Positions 32,706 to 36,384 of a stretch of 36,384 nucleotides of DNA are shown here, in pieces. Each line of letters starts with the position of its first letter. The first letter of the stretch is position 1. The stretch is taken from the NCBI GenBank assembly GCA_000388065.2, contig KB932202.1. One strand, written 5' to 3'. Source of the stretch: Fonticula alba ATCC 38817. Lineage: Eukaryota; Protista; Nucleariida. The notes beneath the pieces are model-generated. The model was not told the origin of the DNA. It was given only the letters and a program-made list of their open reading frames with translations, and ran no database searches. The position numbers were made by a program, and so were the translations under genes.

Positions 32706-35700
32706 TTAACTGGACTGCGCCTTGCTGGCCTTGGCGGCGCGGATGACGAGCTTCAGCGAGCGGTTGGGCTCGGCCTTCTTGATGAAGTCATGCTGCACGC
32801 CGCAGAAGGNNNNNNNNNNNNNNNNNNNNNNNNNNNNNNNNNNNNNNNNNNNNNNNNNNNNNNNNNNNNNNNNNNNNNNNNNNNNNNNNNNNNNNNNNNN
32901 NNNNNNNNNNNNNNNNNNNNNNNNNNNNNNNNNNNNNNNNNNNNNNNNNNNNNNNNNNNNNNNNNNNNNNNNNNNNNNNNNNNNNNNNNNNNNNNNNNNN
33001 NNNNNNNNNNNNNNNNNNNNNNNNNNNNNNNNNNNNNNNNNNNNNNNNNNNNNNNNNNNNNNNNNNNNNNNNNNNNNNNNNNNNNNNNNNNNNNNNNNNN
33101 NNNNNNNNNNNNNNNNNNNNNNNNNNNNNNNNNNNNNNNNNNNNNNNNNNNNNNNNNNNNNNNNNNNNNNNNNNNNNNNNNNNNNNNNNNNNNNNNNNNN
33201 NNNNNNNNNNNNNNNNNNNNNNNNNNNNNNNNNNNNNNNNNNNNNNNNNNNNNNNNNNNNNNNNNNNNNNNNNNNNNNNNNNNNNNNNNNNNNNNNNNNN
33301 NNNNNNNNNNNNNNNNNNNNNNNNNNNNNNNNNNNNNNNNNNNNNNNNNNNNNNNNNNNNNNNNNNNNNNNNNNNNNNNNNNNNNNNNNNNNNNNNNNNN
33401 NNNNNNNNNNNNNNNGGGGGGGGGGGGGGGGGAGGCGCGAAACGCACCTGGAGCAGTTCCTCGGCGCTCGGGCGCTTCTCCGGGTCCACCGCCAAGCAGC
33501 AGTTGAAGAGGAAGTCCCGGAAGACCGGCGACAGACGCTCCGGGTTCTGGATGGTAGGAGTGCCCTGGGTGGCGATCAGATACAGGGCGCGCAGGACATT
33601 CTCATTGAGGTAGGGGGGTTCTCCCTCGATCATCTCGATGGCCATGATACCGAGGGACCAGATGTCGACCTGTGCCGTGAGGGAGGGAGGGGGGGCAGGG
33701 AGCGGCGGGAGGGAGAGGGGAGAGAAGGAGAAAGACAGGCAAGGATTGGCGGTTGGCAAAGACAGAGACAGGCAGACGGAGAAGCGTGAGTGGAAAGAGC
33801 ACAGCAGGAGGACAAAGCACCAGGGGGAAGGCAGCCCGCATGCAGGGCGGAAGAAGACAGGGACACATGCACGCACCTTGGGGCCGTAGTCTTTCCGGGT
33901 GACCACCTCCGGGGCCATCCAGTACGGCGTGCCGACCATGGTTGTCCGCTTGGTGCTCTCCTCGGAGAGCTGAGCACAGAAGCCGAAATCCGTGATCTTG
34001 ATGTCGCCCTCCATGCCGAGGAGGACATTGTCACTCTTGATGTCACGGTGGATGACATTGCGAGAGTGCAGGTGGGCCAGGCCGCGCAGGACCTCCCGGC
34101 AGACGGTGGCGATCTGACGCTCGGTCATGATGGTGGTGGTGACCACATCGGTCAGCGAACCACCCTCCATGTACTCCATGACCACCCACAGGTCGGCATC
34201 GTCATTGACCAGGAAGGCATTGATGTAGTTGACGATGTTCTCCTGCTGGGCGTTGCGCATGACCGCGATCTCGCTGACGATGAGCTCCTTCTTGGGCTGC
34301 TGCTCGAGCTTCATCTGCTTGATGGCCACCCGGCGACCGGTGGAGAGCTCCTGCGCGGAGAAGACACCCCCGGAGGCACTATTGGGAGAGGGTGAGAGGG
34401 CGAGAGGACGAGAGGACGAGAGGACGAGAGAGGACGAGGGAGGACGAGAGAGGACGAGAGAGGGCGAGGGGGAGCGAGAGGACGAGAGAGGACGAGAGGA
34501 CGAGGGAGGACGAGGGAGGGCGAGAGGACGAGAGAGAACGAGAGAGAACGAGAGAAGGCGAGAGGACGAGAGGACGAGGGAGGACGAGAGAGAGCGAGAG
34601 GACGAGAGGGAGAGGGAGACAGACCGCAGGAAGGGATGCCAAGTGTGGGTGTCAGCAATGGAAAGCAGGCAGAAGCAAGCCGAGGGAGCGGCGGCCAAGT
34701 GAATGCGCAAACAGGGCACACTGGCCCCGCCAGGCCGGGCGGGGCAATGCAAAAGCCAAAGACAGCGACGCACCCCTGACCGATCTTTCGGAAGTCCTTG
34801 TAGAAGTCGTTCGGGTCGCCGGGCGTGCAAATGGCCCGGAGCCGGGTCATGATGTCGTCCTCTAGTCCAGCCGGGCTGGATGGGCCGCCGGCGGTCGGGG
34901 AGGAGGTCTCCCGCCGGCGACGGGGTACCGCGGCCACCGCGTCGAAGTTGTCTTGCGAATCCGACGGCGAGGAGGGGGTAGTCGGCGAGGTGGGGCTGGC
35001 CTTGGGGTTTTTGGGAGGGGGGACCGGCGGGGCGGTGGTCGGCGGCGGCGGCGGAGTGAATGCATGGCCGGAAGCCATGACCGGTGCCTGCTGCTGGCCA
35101 GCGGTGCCCGAGGGGGGCCCGCGCCCGGGCGGCGTCGGGGGGAGCCGTGTGGGCGGCGTCGGTGGAGCGCCCTTGGGCAGTTGTGGCGAGCCAGCTGGCG
35201 TGGACTTGTCCTCGGACCCGGAGGACCCGGCGTAGAACTTGAGGGCTTGGATGACGGCCTGAGGAGTGGGAGGGGGGAGGGAGAGGGAGGAAGAGGAAAA
35301 GGAGGGAAGGAGAAAAGAAAGAGAAAGTGAAAAGAAGGGAAAACGAGGAGTGAGTTGGAGAGAGCATACAGAGAAGGGAGAACAAGAGAGAGAGAGAGAG
35401 AGAGGGGGGAGGGGGGAAGACGCACATCCGGGTTCTCACGCTGCTCCTCCTTACTGATGCCGGAGCCCTCCAGGAGCATGGTCCACTCGGAAGGAAGCCC
35501 GCTGAACTCGCCGGTCTCGGCATTGTAGCCAACATGCACCTCATGCCGGAAGGACATGGGCGCCGAGATGAGCGGGTGCGCGCCGCCGGTGTGGTTGTGA
35601 CTGGCCAGGGCCGCCACACCGGGCGACAGGCGCGAGTCATTGCCGCTGTTCGACGGGCGATCATTGGCTGTCGGGGGGGGGAGGGGGGGGGGGCGAGCAC

Positions 35701-36008
35701 CGGCCAGGGGCGGAGGGGGAAGAGGCGGAGGTGAGCAACTGGCCAGCGGAAAGCCGAGGCAAGAGAGACCGACGACGGCGCGAGCGCATGCCGGCAGCAG
35801 ACGCACACTTAAAGAGGGTGCGGAAGCGGTCCATGAAGGACGGGCCGGACTCCTCGGCGGTCACGGTGGGCGATGTGGCCGGGGGGGTGGACGAGGAGGA
35901 GGTCGTCGCCGGGACATTGGACACCATGGACAGAGAGGGCAGGGCAAGGCCAGCCGGGCCGGCACCACCGCCAGGGGGCGGAGGCGGGGGCGGGGGCTTC
36001 GGGGGCAT
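32706..36008 (-). CDS. PAK: p21-activated kinase (PAK group I/Ste20 type; CRIB plus kinase, no PH domain), 579 aa. Exons 36008-35807, 35667-35426, 35258-34774, 34378-33877, 33669-33448, 32792-32706
   Basis: [33 protein letters not shown]. Kinase motifs KIGQG|[45 protein letters not shown] and [23 protein letters not shown]. The C-terminal HDFIKKA...[10 protein letters not shown] resembles the G-beta-binding motif. All five donors are GTGCGT. The last intron contains gap 32810-33416. Confidence 0.95.
34394..34619. repeat. Degenerate purine-rich tandem repeat of GAGAGGAC/GAGGGAGGAC-type 8-10-mers in a PAK intron
   Basis: Read directly. On the transcribed (minus) strand it is a ~225-nt AG-free pyrimidine-rich tract ending ~15 nt before the TAG acceptor at 34379. 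Confidence 0.9.
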
Positions 36009-36384
36009 GGCGAGGGAGAGAGGGAAGGGCGGAAGGCGAGGCGATGCAGATGAGCGCGCGCGCGCGCGAGATCAATCAGTCGGAGGGGGGAGGTCCGGAG
36101 GCGCCGCTCATGCGCGAACGGGCAGGGACTGTACCACCGGCGATGGCCAGGAGCCAAGAGGCGGGGAGGGGGGGGGGTCAGGAGGCAGGGGCGAGGAACC
36201 GGTGTGAGAGGAGGGGGAGATATGAGGAGGCAGAGGACGCCGGCCGGCTGGCGGCGCGATTAAGTCGCTGGCTCGCGGGGCCGGCGGGGGCATGGCGCAT
36301 GCACGCACCGGCAAGCGGGAGCGCGGTGGGGGCGAACAGATCCGAGACGCGCGGGCGGAGGGGACGGGGCGGGAGAGAGGCAGG

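Larger units (their letters stand above)
3240..33416. other. Nine assembly gaps: 3240-3424, 4487-4546, 8629-8823, 9530-9673, 11244-11902, 17810-18051, 25213-25322, 31402-31742, 32810-33416
   Basis: Runs of N, most flanked by poly-C/poly-G, consistent with sequencing dropout at GC homopolymers. Any exons inside them are invisible. Confidence 0.95.

Noticed and set aside
3821-33876. Apparent excess of in-frame (3n), stop-free introns
   Set aside because: 9 of 26 gap-free introns are 3n, as expected by chance. Six are stop-free, which high GC explains. This is an annotation pitfall, not a signal.
18093-36008. Dbf2-type kinase and PAK kinase ~10 kb apart as a signalling gene cluster
   Set aside because: Kinases are abundant, unrelated housekeeping genes lie between them, and there is no evidence of co-regulation or conserved synteny.
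1-36384. tRNA, rRNA, snRNA genes or transposable elements
   Set aside because: By eye I saw no T-loop (GTTCGA), U1/U2/U6 signatures, rRNA motifs, transposase or RT ORFs, TIRs or LTRs. A covariance-model search would be needed to exclude divergent ncRNAs.

Overview
This is eukaryotic genomic DNA, very GC-rich and intron-containing, with 9 assembly gaps that mostly abut long poly-C/poly-G runs. It has no prokaryotic features. The composition, the intron style (GTGCGT donors, CTAAC/CTGAC branch points, C-rich tracts) and the mix of fungal-type genes (Dbf2/Sid2 kinase, UPF0132/DUF4870) with an animal-type gene (pecanex) suggest a unicellular opisthokont, most plausibly Fonticula alba. That organism call is inference only. 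I reconstructed nine spliced genes by hand. (1) Pecanex-like membrane protein, 5'-partial, +, <1-7628. (2) Degenerate SH3 plus DUF4870/Tic20-like membrane protein, +, 8888-10053. (3) SRP receptor alpha, +, start in or before a gap, ends 13614. (4) DUF4476-like repeat protein with a PPxY motif, -, 17055-13845. (5) Dbf2/Sid2-type NDR/LATS kinase, +, 18093-23051. (6) Methyltransf_16-type lysine methyltransferase, -, 24289-23169. (7) Pam16/Tim16-like N-terminus fused in frame to ~950 uncharacterised residues, +, 25475-29177. (8) Sft2/Got1-family protein, -, 31302-30155. (9) PAK/Ste20 kinase with a CRIB domain, -, 36008-32706. Where both ends are visible, the exon sums are divisible by 3 (gene 4 needs a 35-nt intron assumed at an unresolved frame break). 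The most notable observations are the giant Pam16-like fusion, the SH3-DUF4870 architecture, the +4C splice-donor consensus and a full pecanex in a probable non-animal.
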